Origin: Heterodontus francisci
Taxonomy: Eukaryota
NCBI RefSeq assembly: GCF_036365525.1
Contig: NC_090379.1
Location: forward strand, 26,899,790 to 26,963,789
Direction: 5' to 3'
DNA: 64,000 bases
Shown here: positions 24,590-37,655 of the stretch, one piece after another
How the letters are laid out: each line of letters begins with the position of its first letter
How positions within the stretch are numbered: position 1 is the stretch's first letter
Notes under the pieces: model-generated
What the model was told of the DNA's origin: nothing
What the model saw: the letters and a program-made list of their open reading frames with translations, nothing else
Databases searched by the model: none
Made by a program: the position numbers and the translations under genes

Positions 24590-27500
24590 TGAGTGGTCGC
24601 ACTCTTGCCTTTAATTCAGAGGTTAGTGGTTCAAGTCCCACTTAAGCATAGAATGTAGGCTGACATTCCAGTATAGGGAGTGCTGTGCTGTTGGAGGTGC
24701 TAGCTTACGGATGAGATGCTGAACTGAGACTCTGTCTACCCTTTCAGGTGCATGTAAATGTTCCCATGTTCAAGATGGCACTCCTAGACTGGGATTTTCA
24801 ATTGCCGATGGGGTTGGGAAGGGTGCGGGGGCGATTTGAAAATTGTGTTCCGGGAGGGCGGCACTGGATCCTGCTGCCTCTGGAATGCGAGCCAATTTTC
24901 AAAGGGATGGAAGGAGGGGAGGAACGGGGAACCCATTCGCCTCCAATTCATGGCCCAGTCAGTTTCTTGAGGAGCTTGCTAAAGGGTCAGGGAGGGTGAG
25001 AAGACAATTTTCAAAGTTAAGATCGCTGAACCCGAACAGTCTGGTGCACGTTAGTGCACAGCTGTCAAGTTCAGAGCGGGTGGAGGTTAAATTTTTATTA
25101 TTGATGATGAACAATTTTGGGAGCTGGGGTAATCTTGTGCCAGATCATGAGCGTTACCTTCCATTTGGCCATTTTCTGCTCATTGAGGTTGCTAGGCCTT
25201 CGAGGTACTGCTTGCTGCCTTCTGCAAGGCAGGGGCGGGTCCCATCATGGCTGCTGTCTGCCTTTGCTGTTTGCGGTCTGCAAACAGCTCCCGCATCTTG
25301 GCAATGCTCGGCACCTCTAATTGGGCACCAAACTTGCCTCCGGCTCAGTTAGAGCATTTACATTTAAAGATAGCGACACAGTTGTGGCATAGGTTTGGGA
25401 GCCAGAAATTATCCAGGCATCAGGTTCCCAACACTGATTTTAATATCCAGTCTACAGGTTTATGATTCCTACTTGAGATTTATGAGGAATTGCACAGGAC
25501 AGACAAGTTTCATCTATAGGATTTTATTGTACCTTCAAGACAGATTCAAAACCACCACAACCACACAATCTAAACTTAGTTAGAAAAAAAACTACAATGC
25601 GAGCAGTCCACCAATAATGTTACAAGAGATAACCATACATACAACTACCAATGAATGATCAGTCCTTGTTGATTGTAGGTCCTTAAGGGCGAGATTACTG
25701 GCCAAGTCACCTCCTTTTGGCTACAGCAATGATTATTCCTTTTGAAACATCTTTTACACCCCTTTTTCAAGGGTGGGCCTGAATTGTTATGTTGACAGGG
25801 CCTTTTTATTTTACAAAAGTCTTCCTTAATCTGAAATATCCAATTGGGTGTCAAGTTCTTTGTTTAAACCATGGAGCGAAAGCCTCACATTATCCACCTT
25901 CTACAAGTGTCTGGGGCCATAATCAATCAGATGTTTCCTTATCTCATCCTGTCCTATCTCCCGTGACCAGTTTTATTACTTCCTTGAAGTACGTATTTTT
26001 CTGGTTTTCAAAACAGCTTCCAGGGATTTCTTTGTTCATATTGGCATGTTCACAGAATCACAGAATTGCTACAGTGCAGAAGGAGGCCATTCAGCCCATC
26101 GTGTCCGCTTCCCTAAAGAGCAATTTACTCAGTTCCATTCCCCTACCTTGTACCCTTAACCCTGCACATTCTTCCTTTACATAAAACAGTCTAATTCCCT
26201 TTTGAATGCTTCAGTTGAACCTGCCTCCACCACGTTCTCAGGCAGTGCAGTCCAGACCTTAACCACTCACTGCATAAAAAAACTTTTCCTCATGTCACTT
26301 TTGCTTTTCTTACCAAATACTTTAAATCTGTGCCCTCCCGTTCTCGATTCTTTCACAGAATCACAGAATTGTTACAATGTTATCAGTTATTTATGTTCAG
26401 AGCTATTCATAACGGTTATCCAATTCAACTGTTCTCATTTCTTATCAAACCATTGAAACATAAGGACCTGAATTTTTCGTTGGGCAGGAGGCCCCGTCCA
26501 CCAGCCAAAAAGGCGGTGGTGAGCCTGCCTCCACCGGGCCTGGGGAACCAGACGGGGATTTTTCGCTCCTCAGGCCTCTAATTGGTCTTGGACGGGACTT
26601 CGACCTCCTTGAGGCAGGAAGTCCCACCTAATAGAGCTGCCGGCCAATCAGTGGGCCGGCAGCTCTTAGTCCTAGCAGCGCCACCGGGAGCAGTGGCCTC
26701 TGCTGGGACTGCATCCAGCCAGTGGAAGATAGAGGAAGGGTGGCCCCGGAAGAAAGATAAGTTTTTAGGGCCTCGCTGGGGAAAATCAGTCAGGCCCGGC
26801 GGAGCAAGAGTGGGGGGGGTCGGTAAGGGAGGGGGGCATGGGAGTGTTGTGCATTGGGGGCAGTTGGGGCTTCGGGTGTGGCCCTCCATGGGGCACAGGA
26901 TAGCTGATCAGGAGGGCCTCCCACCAGCCCACAAGAAGGCTGCCTTGTTTCACTAGGCGGGTTTTTTGAGGCCTCAGCCGCCTGTCAGCCAACCGTAAAA
27001 TACCCACTGAAGCCCTTAAGTGTCAGTTAATTGGCCACTTAAGGGATTTGTTTGGCCTTGGATGGGCAGGCCGTTTCTCACCACTGCCGCCACGTGTAAA
27101 ATTGCAACAGGCCCCCCTGCCTCCCACTCAATTGTAGACCTCTCCCCCCACCCCCCCACCCCCCACCACCAGCCCGCTCGTTTGGAGGCAGTTAAATTCT
27201 GGCCAAGGTGTTTCACTAATACCTTTACACTAATTAACTTTGGCATTCCAGAAAGCATTTCTTAATTCCTCAAGGTTAACTGAAAGACCTAACACAGCTT
27301 TGAAGTATGGTTGTTTGTTGTTATTAGTTCCTAGGCCTCAAGGCCGAACCTTAAGTTGTTCTTGTTTTTCTATAACAATTAGAGATGTTCCTGCTTGTTT
27401 CAGGCCTCTCTCTTATCTGTGAAAGACAGCTTTCAGCATTCAGCAGTTTTTACTTTGAAAAGGTCTTGTGAGTTTGGTCAAATTATATCAAACATGCATT

Positions 27501-27740
27501 CTTACACAAAGAAGAGCAGGAAAATTCTCCTGATGTCCTGACCAACATTTATCCCTCAATCAATATCATCGAAACAGATTCTCTGGCCATTTATCTTCTT
27601 GCTGTTTGTGGGACCTTGCTCTACGCAAATTGTGTTTCCCTCCACTGTAATAGTGACTACAGGTCAAAAGTACTTAATTGTCTGTGGAGCACTTTCAAAT
27701 GTCCTGAGATCAAGAAAGGCATTATGTAACTGCAAGTTAT
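24590..27740 (+). mobile_element. SacSINE1/Deu-type SINE split by ~2.7 kb of insertions
   Basis: tRNA-like head (ggttcaagtccca) and body at 24590-24768. Resumes at ~27510 (gaagagcagg..ttctcc..gtcctg..aacatttatccctcaa). Homologous to 28820-29262. Confidence 0.6.
26465..27204. mobile_element. GC-rich PIF/Harbinger-type MITE
   Basis: Imperfect TIR gacctgaattt...aaattctggcc, possible 3-bp TSD AAG. Internal similarity to 34537-35290. Confidence 0.6.
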
Positions 27741-28464
27741 TTTTTAGACAAAGTTTCATATAGCATCCAAGTATAATATAGCCAGCTAAGGATTGTTCTT
27801 CTCATTGAGGCTGAAATCTATCACCATAATTATGAAGATGCTAGAAATTCATCAAGATCACTTCTACAGCATATTAAGTTTAAAGTGACAGAGCTGTTGA
27901 AAATAAAAATGAATCAATCATGCATTATAAAGGCTGCAGTCATTTTATATTAGTGTACTGACTAGTTTGGTTGCTTCCAACCTTTGAGACAGTATGACCA
28001 TTGTGAATAATTATTAGCTTTTGACATCTATGCATGTTCGCAGTGCATACACAAGCTAGCAAGATTATTGTTCGGAGATTTAGAGTTGGAGATGCCTATG
28101 ATATAATTGTATTCATGTTAAGTAACCCTTGTCATAGATGTTTACCCTCTAACTTTATTGTTTGCATTTTTTAGAAACCCAACATTATCAGGTACTTGCA
28201 AAGCAACTAACAATTTTTGGTAATAAATGACTCTTACATGCCTATAACGTATCTGCCGACAGTCAGTTTGAAGTGCAGTTTCTTTGGTGCCATTATTAAA
28301 TTAAATATATGCATTGGGGACCAGGGCTATTTGCAGTTGTACCATGGGGACCATATCCAATATTGGCCTAAAATGTTGTTATTACAATTAGCATCCAGAC
28401 GTCCCAATTATACTGTAGTTAGTTTGACTGTCTCAGCCAGCATCAGATTGAAAGAAAGACTTAG

Positions 28465-28815
28465 AGCATAGAACATAGAACAGTACAGCACAGTACAGGC
28501 CCTTCGGCCCACGATGTTGTGCCGAATCTTTAACCTACTCTAATATCAAACTAACTACCTACCCTTCATTCTACTATCATCCATGTACCTATCCAAGAGT
28601 CGCTTAAATGTCCCTAATGTATCTGCTTCTACCACCACCGCTGGCAGCGCATTCCACGCACCCACCACTCTCTGTGTAAAGAACCTACCTCTGACATCTC
28701 CCCGAAACCTTCCTCCAATCACCTTAAAATTATGCCCCCTGGTGATAGCCCTTTCCACCCTGGGAAAAAGTCTCTGGCTATCCACTCTATCTATGCCTCT
28801 CATCATCTTGTACCC
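28465..28815 (-). mobile_element. CR1 3' end
   Basis: ORF 28555-28824 (YKMMRGIDRVD...TRGHNFKV...FFTQRVVGAWNALP) and (ttctatg)n tail. Confidence 0.85.
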
Positions 28816-28819
28816 CTCT

Positions 28820-29262
28820 TGCATTTATATAACGTCTTTCACGACCTCAGGATGGTTCAAAGCACTCTACAGCCAATGAAGTCCTTTTGAAGTCTAGCAT
28901 TGATGTAATGTAGGAAACACATCAGCCAATTTGCACACAGCAAACAGAAACAGCAATGTGATAATGACCAGGTAATCTGTTTTTGCGATGTTGATAGAGG
29001 GATAAATATTGGACCAGGACACCAGGGATAACTCCCCTGCTCTTCTTCAAAATAGTGCATGGGACCTTTTACATCCACCTGAAAGAGGAAATGGGACTTC
29101 AGTTTAACATCTCATCTGAAAGATGGGATCTGCAACCGTGCAGCACTGCCTCAGTACTATTCTCGCGTATCAGGCTAGATTTTTGTGCTCAAGTCGCTGG
29201 AGTGGGACTTGAACCCACAAGCTTTTGACTCAGGTGAGAGTAGTACCAACTAAGCAATGGCT
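28820..29262 (-). mobile_element. SacSINE1/Deu-type tRNA-derived SINE
   Basis: B-box gggttcaagtccc (-), Deu-like body and L2-like tail ending gttatataaatgcaag. Confidence 0.7.
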
Positions 29263-29981
29263 AATTTGCTGAAATTAGTTGTCAAATCAACATTGGACTC
29301 TACTCAATATGTACAATATGTGGCAGATTAAACACCAGTATTTGAGCAATGTGTCTGTCTCAACTGTGGAACACTCCAATGCCTGCCAGCTCCAAAAACT
29401 CTTTCCATCCTTTTGATTGACAATAGTGTGTTTCCCTTACAAGTCTAGGCTGTGGCCTGTGTGATTTACATTTCGTAACCAGTGGGGAGGGTCTCAAAAT
29501 TATAGGCCAAGAGCCTGATTTTCCTACTTGTCTTTAGGTTGGATGAGTGTGTGATGAAGTTGCCCTAACCTTTGCTTGCCTCTGCCTCTCATGTTGGCAG
29601 CAAATACAATGAGCCCTATTGGTGGGGCCTTTGGATACCCGTTGCTTTAAGCCACCATCCCACACTTCTGAGCTGTTACATATGGATTCTTTCATTTTAT
29701 TTGTGCTGCCGAAAGATTTTTCTTGTAGTGGACCAAGAAAGATAAGCAGCAGCCATCTGTAACTGGAGTCATAAGAAGCACAATTAATGTTTTTAATTTA
29801 TTTATATTATCTTTCAATGCTTGTACAAATATCTTAGAGGACTAGAGTTTCCAATACCAATCACATCATTATTCATATTGTTGTTCTGTCGTCTTTGCTG
29901 TCTGAAACCATGTATTATGTGCTGTATTTATACCAACAATCCTCAATAGAAGCTGATAGTTTTTTTGCAATACGAATAGAT

Positions 29982-30574
29982 CAGTGGTTCTCAGACTGGA
30001 GTCCGTGATGATTTCCCAGGGGGTCCGTGAAATGATGTGAACAGGACCCGTTGCTGTGATGGGGCAGTTTGAGTGTGCACTGTTGGCTGTTCCCATCTGC
30101 TGCTGGTCTCCTGGTGGCAGAAACCAGGCAGCGTGTTAGCGATATTCCAGCGCAGACAGGCCGGTAAACAGCAGAGGGGGAGAAAAGAAGCCCTGCGACA
30201 CTCAGCATCTGTGCAGTAAGTAGGTGGGTGATGAAACTCCCACCAGGGTGAACTGACTCTAATCCCACTCCAAGAAGAGCAGGAAGATGCCATGCAGTGA
30301 AGTAGTCAATAGGTATGTTGCTGAACCTGTAGGGTTACTTTTCAGCTGAAGTGAAGATAAAAGTATTACATCACAAAACACATCAATGTTCACTATATTG
30401 GACAAGCCTGGCAAACTTTCGAGCAAGTCCCTTTCACAGGACACTGATGAACTTTATGACCAGAAATGTAAATGTGCAAGAAGATTATAATACTATAATT
30501 TAGATGATGGGGTTCTGTCATTACTCATCCATTTGAAAAAGAGTCCTTCAACTGAAAAAGTTTGAGAACCACTG
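29982..30574. mobile_element. hAT-Charlie-type non-autonomous element
   Basis: TIR CAGTGGTTCTCA...TGAGAACCACTG. 8-bp TSD GAATAGAT/CAGTAGAT (6/8 identical, TAGA core). Confidence 0.8.
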
Positions 30575-32707
30575 CAGTAGATCACAATGGAGGCCACTGA
30601 TGAATTTGATGGTTTTAGTGCTATGGGTAGTGCAGCTACTGGGTGTTAGATATTGTCATGTTATCTGTAAAGAGCTAGGAACTAATTAGCTAGGAACCTA
30701 TCGCCATGTCTAAGTGTGGTCTAGGGTGACGCATTTCACTGCCGCACTGGAATCATGTGACACATAACACGACACCAGCACAGGACAGTTCCTCCCAAGC
30801 AGCATGGCGGGCTGTATGGTAATAAACATAGAGCTCCAGCCTTTCCAAGTTGAAAATGTTATTATTTCTAATTTATGGGAGCCAGAAGACATAATATGTT
30901 GGTAGCAGGTGTCTGTGAGTAAACCTAAAACATTTTAAATAGATTTAATGATGAATTATTGAAAAAAGTGACCCAAATTGGTGTCAGAGAAAGAGAAATG
31001 AGTGAATCATGCAAAAATGAGAAATGAAATGTTGGCTGGCACAGCAATGAATGCACAGCTACAGCCCACAATGAATCGGGAAGCAGATGATGTCGTAGAG
31101 GATTTGAGATGTTTAAATAAAAAGTACAGATTGACATTCAGTAGTTTTCTAAAAGGCAATAACAATTAAAAGAGGGTCAGCTAGATCTTTCTGTGGGCAG
31201 GAAATAAAGTATTAAATTTGTTTAATAGCTGGGAGCTGAGTGAAGAGAACAGCAGAAACCCAGAAATTTTTTTGGAAAAATTCAGCACCCATCTCCAGCC
31301 ATAATCAAATAATCAGACCTACTGACATGAATTTCAAGGCCTCAGACAGTAATTAGGTGAACCCATTGACAATTTCGTTACAGGATTGAAAAATGCAACC
31401 AGAAAATGTAAATGCAAGGACACAAATGAAAAGCTGATAGATCAGCTGATCTGGGGTTCTGTACACCCTGAAGTACAAAAAGCGCTAATTGGAAATGACA
31501 AGCTCACAATATCAGAGGCTATAGACACTGCCAGAGGACATGAAGCCATGAGCAGCCAGATGAAGACACTGACTATCCAAATGGCTAGCCTTCAGTTAAG
31601 CCAAGAGAAAAGCAGCAGGGTTGATACAGTGAAACAGCAACAAAAGAATGCACACCAGACAGATAGAAAGACATGCAGGAGCTGCGACTGACGACATGAC
31701 TTCACAGGAGGAAATGTCCTGCATATGGATCAATCTGCAGAACTTGCAGAAAGACCAATCACTGGGAAAAGCTGTGCAGAACAAAGGTAGAAGGTGGTTG
31801 ATGAGTCACCAGAGATAGAGCAAAAGGGCAAATGAGTAGGAAAAGAAACTACAACATCCGTAACCCGGAAGCTGATGATGAGTTTGAGAACACGATAGAC
31901 GTAGGAACCATACAACTGCATGAAATGTCTGGATGCGACAATTCCTAGAGAGAAGAAATTCACACAACCATTCAGATCAGGAACCGGGTGAGAAATAAGT
32001 CCGTGACGATAAATCTGAAAGTGAAGATTGATACTGGGGCAGAGTAACATGATCCCATTCAGACTATACCAGAAGATCTTTCCTGAAAATTTGGAAGAAA
32101 ATGGTTATCCAAGGAAAGATGCTCTGAAACTGAACGATGTCATGTTAATGGCATACTGGGGACCTGAGATTCGACAACTGTGAACAATCCAAATCAGAGG
32201 GACACACAAAGGAAAAGATGTTAACTGTATGATCTACATCGCAGAAACAGATGCTCCAGATATCCTGGAATTGAGCAGTTGTGAAGAACTGCAGATTAGC
32301 TCAGTAAACCATGAGGTGAAGGAGGTGACACCGAGGGTTGAAGACAGTACACCCATTGAAAAGCGTCCTCCGATCAGAAGCAAAGAAGATCTGGTACAAA
32401 TGTACCCAGAGTGTTTTGATGAGACAGTTGGATGCTTTGAAGACTTTGAGTATCACATCACTATTGACCCAGCAATGAAACCAGTGATTCATCCCCCACG
32501 TAAAGTACCAATAGAACTAAAGGAAAGCTTGAAAGAGAGCTCCAAGAAATGGAAGAAAAGAAGGTGATCACCAGAGTCACAGAGACCCATCCTTCACCTC
32601 ATGTTTACTGAGATCATCTGCAGCTCTTCACAGCTGCTAAACTTCAGGATAGCGGGGTCATCAGTTTCAGCGCACCTGTGGGACATGATGAAAGAAGATG
32701 TAGAGTT

Positions 32708-33390
32708 TGTTTTTATTCATTCATGGGATGTGGGCTTTGCTGGCTAGGCCAGCATTTATTGCCCATCCCTAATTGCCCTTGAGAAGATAGTGGTGAGCTG
32801 CCTTCTTGAACCGCTGCAGTCCTTGGGGTGTAGATACACCCACAGTGCTATTAGGATTTTGACCCAGCAACAGTGAAGGAACTGTGGTAGAGTTCCAAGT
32901 CAGGATGGTGTGTGGCATGGAGGGGGAGCTTGCAGGTGGTGGCATTCCCATGCATCTGCTGCCCTTGTCCTTCTAGGTGAAAGAGGTTGTGGGTTTGGTA
33001 TGTGCTGTCGGAGAAGCCTTGGTGAGTTGCTGCAGTGCATCTTGTAGATGGTACACATTGCTGCCACTGCGCGTGGGTGGTGAAGGGGGTGAATGTTGAA
33101 GGTGGTGGCTAGGGTGCCAATAATGTGGGCTTCTTTGTCCTGGATGGTGTTGAGCTTCTTGAGTGTTGTTAGAGCTGCACCCATCCAGACAACTGGAGAG
33201 TATTCCATTACAGTCCTGACTTGTGCCTTGTAGATGGTGGACAGGCATTGGGGGGTCAGGAGGTGAGTTACGTGCTACAGAATTCCCAGGCTTTGATCTG
33301 CTCTTGTAGCCACATTATTTATGTGGCTGGTCCAGTTCAGTTTCTTGTCAATGGTAACCCCCAGGATGTTGATAGTGGGGGGGATTCAGT
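32708..33390 (-). mobile_element. LINE family A 3' fragment inside the Gypsy element
   Basis: MEYSP..WMGA..TTLKKL..IQDK ORF fragment and family 3' tail. Confidence 0.85.
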
Positions 33391-34536
33391 GAATACCAGT
33401 GGTTGCAGTCACATGTCAGGAGTTTCAACAAACTGAAAAAGATAGTATGTAAGGAGACAAGTTTGTCAGATATGACAAAAAGAAACCTGTCACTCTGCAA
33501 GTAGATGCTTCTACAAAAGGACTGGGAGCAACCCTGGTACAAAAGGGAAAGCCAATAGCATTCACATTCAAAGCTCTAATGTCAGCTGAGACCAAATATG
33601 CCTACATAGAAAGAGAGCTTTTGGCAGTCATGTATGGATGTGAGAAGTTCCGCACATATCTCTGTGGGAGAAAGTTCATAGTGGAGAGTGACCATCGTCC
33701 ACTGGAGCAGATCTAAAAAGAAAAATCTATGTAAAGTACCAGCATGACTGCAGAGGTTACTCTAGAGGTTTCAGAGTTACCATTTCACTCTGAAATACGA
33801 GCCAGGAAGAGAGATGGTGCTGGCAGACACCCTATCTCGGTTATCACCAAAGGAGAAACACGAGATAAAAGATCTAGGTATAAAGATTCATTACCTAGTG
33901 AACGTAGCAGCTCTGAAACTCAGTCAAATTAGAGATGAGACCAGAAAAGACGAGGAGTTACAGATGTTGTCTCAGCAAGTGACCCAGGGATGGCCTGATA
34001 AGATGTAGCAAACACAGTCAGAAATACGACAGCCCTGATCGATCAGAGATGACATCTCACTAGAAGATGGTGTTCTGCTAGCCGGATCCAGAATAATCAT
34101 ACCCAAAACATTGCAGGAAGAACCTCTCCAGAATATACATGAAGACCAAATGGGAATGGAGAAGTGTGAGCTCAGAGCCAGATCAGCTGTGTATTAGATA
34201 GGCATATATAAAGACATCAAAAATATGGTGTCTACATGCAATGTATGCCAGAATTACAGAAGCACACAGCAGAAAAAGGAGATGATAGCTATTAAAGTGC
34301 CACCCAGACCATGGCATCTGTAGGACTTGATTTATTCACACTCAATCAAGAATGGTCTCTCATTGTCATAGACTACTACTTAAAGTTCCCTTTTACCGGA
34401 AGGTGAAAGACAAGAGCTAGCAATCCTCTCAGCAGTACAAATTCTGTTCACTGAGCAAGGGATTCCTGAAAGATTAATATGTAATAATGGCACCCAATTT
34501 ACCTCCAGAGAATTTAAGGAATTCGCTGAACACGAG

Positions 34537-35290
34537 AGGCTGGATTTTGTGTTGGATGTGGGGCTCCTGGTGCCGGGCTGGAAAGGAGTGGTGGTGGGAG
34601 GTGGGAGGGTCACCCCACCTCTGCCTTTTCATGTCCCCCCCAGAACGATCCTCTGAACTTTTTGACTTTAAAGGGACGGGAATCCTGCCTCCAGGAGCTG
34701 CCAGCCAATCAGAGGGCTGGCAGCACAGCAGTATCAGCAGCACCACTGGGAGCAGTGGCCACTGCTGATACTGCAGAGACCTCAGACCCAGGCTCAGCAG
34801 TGGAAACCCAGAACGGAGGTAGGTGAGGCAGGGTCGCCAAGGCCTTCTGGACTGGCCCGAGTGAGGGGGGGTTTCGGGAGGTGGTCGTTCAGTCTGGGGG
34901 AGGGCAGTCCCCGGCAGGTAAAGTTGTTCTCAGTGGGGGTCCTCCATGGGCCACAAATTGCCCACGGAGGAGGGACGCCCCCCCCCCCCCACAAGCCTGC
35001 AGGGAGGGCACCTTGTTTTACAAAGCATCCTCCCAGTGTGGCGGAGGTGCCTCCCCCCCACCACCCCAGCAGGAAGAGGCCCCTAATTACATGGTTAATA
35101 GGCCTCTTAAAGACCTCAATTGGCCTCTGGGCGGGAAGTCCGTTGTCAGCCTATCCCGCCCCCCCAGGAAGATTGCTGGTCAATGGGGAGGCGACGGGCC
35201 CTCTGTTGCCGCCCCTCCCACCACTCATCGTGACACTCTGTGCACCCCGCCTCTGATCCCACCTCATGGGGACCCGTAAAATCCCAGCCT
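34537..35290. mobile_element. PIF/Harbinger-type MITE inserted in the Gypsy integrase
   Basis: TIR aggctggatttt...aaaatcccagcct. The integrase reading (KEFAE|YGFNITTSSPHYP) resumes after it. Confidence 0.7.
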
Positions 35291-36085
35291 ATGGGTTCAA
35301 CATCACTACCTCATCACCACATTACCCAAGGGAGCATGGGTTTATAGAAAGACACATCCAGACGGTCAAAAGAACCCTTTCAAAATGCTGAAAGGTGAAG
35401 GATGACCCCTACCTTGCCTTATTGTCACTCCGATCTGCACCTCTCAAGGCTGACATGAAATCACCTGCAGAGCTGTTGAATGAAAAGAACTATAAGATAA
35501 TTTGGCCAAGCAAAATACATCCTCCAAGTGACCAGGAGTAAGTGAGACAACAACTCACTGAAGCACAGGTAGGAGGAGATCAACACTTCAACAAGCATGC
35601 TAAATCCATACCCGAGCTGTTGAAAGGACAAACTGTGCATGTACAGAATCCAATTCTAAAACCCTGGAACCCAGCAAAAGTTGTTGGTGAAGCTGAGACT
35701 CAATGAGACCGAAACCAGTAACCAAATGAGAAGAAACAGGGTCCATATTTGAACTACACTTCAGCTGGAAAAACAGAAAATGTCATCAACAACACCATAA
35801 ACATCACTATCCAGTGACACAACGTTAACAACGTCACCAGCAAATGACCAGCAAGAAACACAGCCCCTGCAACACCAGGAGCAATAAGCGCAACATTGCC
35901 TGTGCAGCCTGCCAACTCACCACTGAGAGCAACGAATGACAAGTCTGCAAGATAGAGGTGCAATACCTAATCCCCTAAGCGATACCATGAATAATATTTT
36001 TAGGAAAGAATACACACTATAAAAGACTCTAAAAAGGTTCAGTTTATTTCTAAAAGTCAAGTATTAATCTTCTTTAGTTTAGAAA

Positions 36086-36592
36086 ATGCTCTCCACTTGC
36101 CTGGATGGGTGCAGCTCTAACAACACTCAAGAAGCTCGACATCATCCAGGACAAAGCAGCCCGCTTCATTGGTACCCCATCCACCACCTTCAACATTCAC
36201 TCCCTTTACCACAGATGAACAGTGGCAGCAGTGTGTACCATCTACAAGATGCACTGCAGCAACTCACCAAGGGTCCTTAGACAGCACCTTCCAAACCCGT
36301 GACCTCTACCACCGAGAAGGACAAGGGCAGCAGATGCATGGGAACACCACCTGCAAGACCCCCACCAAGCCACAAACCATCCTGACTTAGAACTATATCG
36401 CCGATCCTTCACTGTTATTGGGTCAAAATCCTGGAACTCCCTTCCCAACAGCACTGTGGGTGTACCTGCACCACATGGACTGTAGCGGCTTAAGAAGGCA
36501 GCTTACAACCACCTTTTCATGGGCAATTAGGGATGGGCAATAAATGCTGGCCTGGCCAGCATTGCCCACATTCTATGAAACAAATAAAAAAA
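36086..36592 (+). mobile_element. LINE family A 3' fragment
   Basis: Same sequence family and tail as 1117-2858. Confidence 0.85.
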
Positions 36593-36594
36593 GG

Positions 36595-37655
36595 CCATGA
36601 AAGTAAAAGTCCATGGGATCTAAGGCAAAGTGGCAAATTGGATCAACATTTGGCTCACAGACAGGAAGCAAAGAGAAATGGTCAATGGGTGTTTTTGTGA
36701 CTGGCAGGCTGTTTCCAGTAGGGTTTTGCAGGGCTCAGTACTAGGTCCCTTGCTTTTCATGGTCTATATTAATAATTTGGACTTGAATGTAGGGGGTTGT
36801 TAAAAAAATTTGCAGAAGATACAAAAATTGGCCGTGTAGCTGATAATGAAGAAGAAAGCTGTAGACTGCAATAAGATATCAATGGACTAGCCAGGTAAGC
36901 GGAACAGTGGCAAATGGAGTTCAATTCAGAGAAATGTGATGTAATGCATTTGGGGAAGGCTAACAATGCAAGAGTATACACAATAAATGGTAGGATACTG
37001 AGAAATGTAGAGGAACAGAGGAACCTTGGAGTGCATGTCCACAGATGCAGGAAGGTGGCTGGACAGGTAGATAAGGTAGTCAAGAAGGCGTACAGGATAC
37101 TTCCCTTTAGTAGCCAAGGCATAGAATATAAGAGCTAGGAGATTATGCTGGAACTGTATAAAATTCTACTTAGGCCACAGCTGTGTGCCGTTCTGGTCAT
37201 CGCATGATAGGAAAGATGTGATTGCACTGGAGAGGGTACAGATGAGATTTAAGAGGATGTTGCCTGGACTGGAGCATTTTAGTTATGAAGAAAGATTGAA
37301 CAGGCTAGGGTTGTTTTCTTTGGAACAGAGGAGGCTGAGTGGAAACCTAACTGAAGTGAATAAAATTATGAGGGGTTTAGATAGAGTGGCTATGAAGGCC
37401 CTATTTCCCTTGGTTGAGGGGTCCATAACCGGGGGCAGAGATTTAGGGTAAGAGGTAGAAAGTTCAGAGGGGATTTGAGGGGAATTTCTTTTCCCCAGAG
37501 AGCGGTGGGGATCTGGAACTCACTGCCTGCAAGGGTGGCACCTATAAGGCTACAGACCAGGAACTGAAAAGTCGGATTTGGCCACATAGCTACTTGGTGC
37601 AGGCACGATGGGCCAAATGGCCTCCTTTCTTGCTGTAGGTTTCTATGATTCTATG
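36595..37655 (+). mobile_element. CR1 LINE 3' part
   Basis: QGSVLGP and WQMEFNSEKC..MHLG motifs, LERVQ..F.RMLPGL, ttctatgattctatg tail. Confidence 0.85.

Larger units (their letters stand above)
30644..36085 (+). mobile_element. Decayed Ty3/Gypsy (Mag-like) LTR retrotransposon; RT largely deleted, no 3' LTR found
   Basis: Short LTR to ~30896 with a degenerate Leu PBS (tgttggtagcagg). Then gag remnant, protease VKIDTGA (~32020), RNase H (LQVDASTKGLGA..AETKYAYIERELLAV..ESDHRPLE) and integrase (NNGTQFTS, SSPHYP..GFIER), in PR-RT-RH-IN order. Many stops. Confidence 0.85.
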
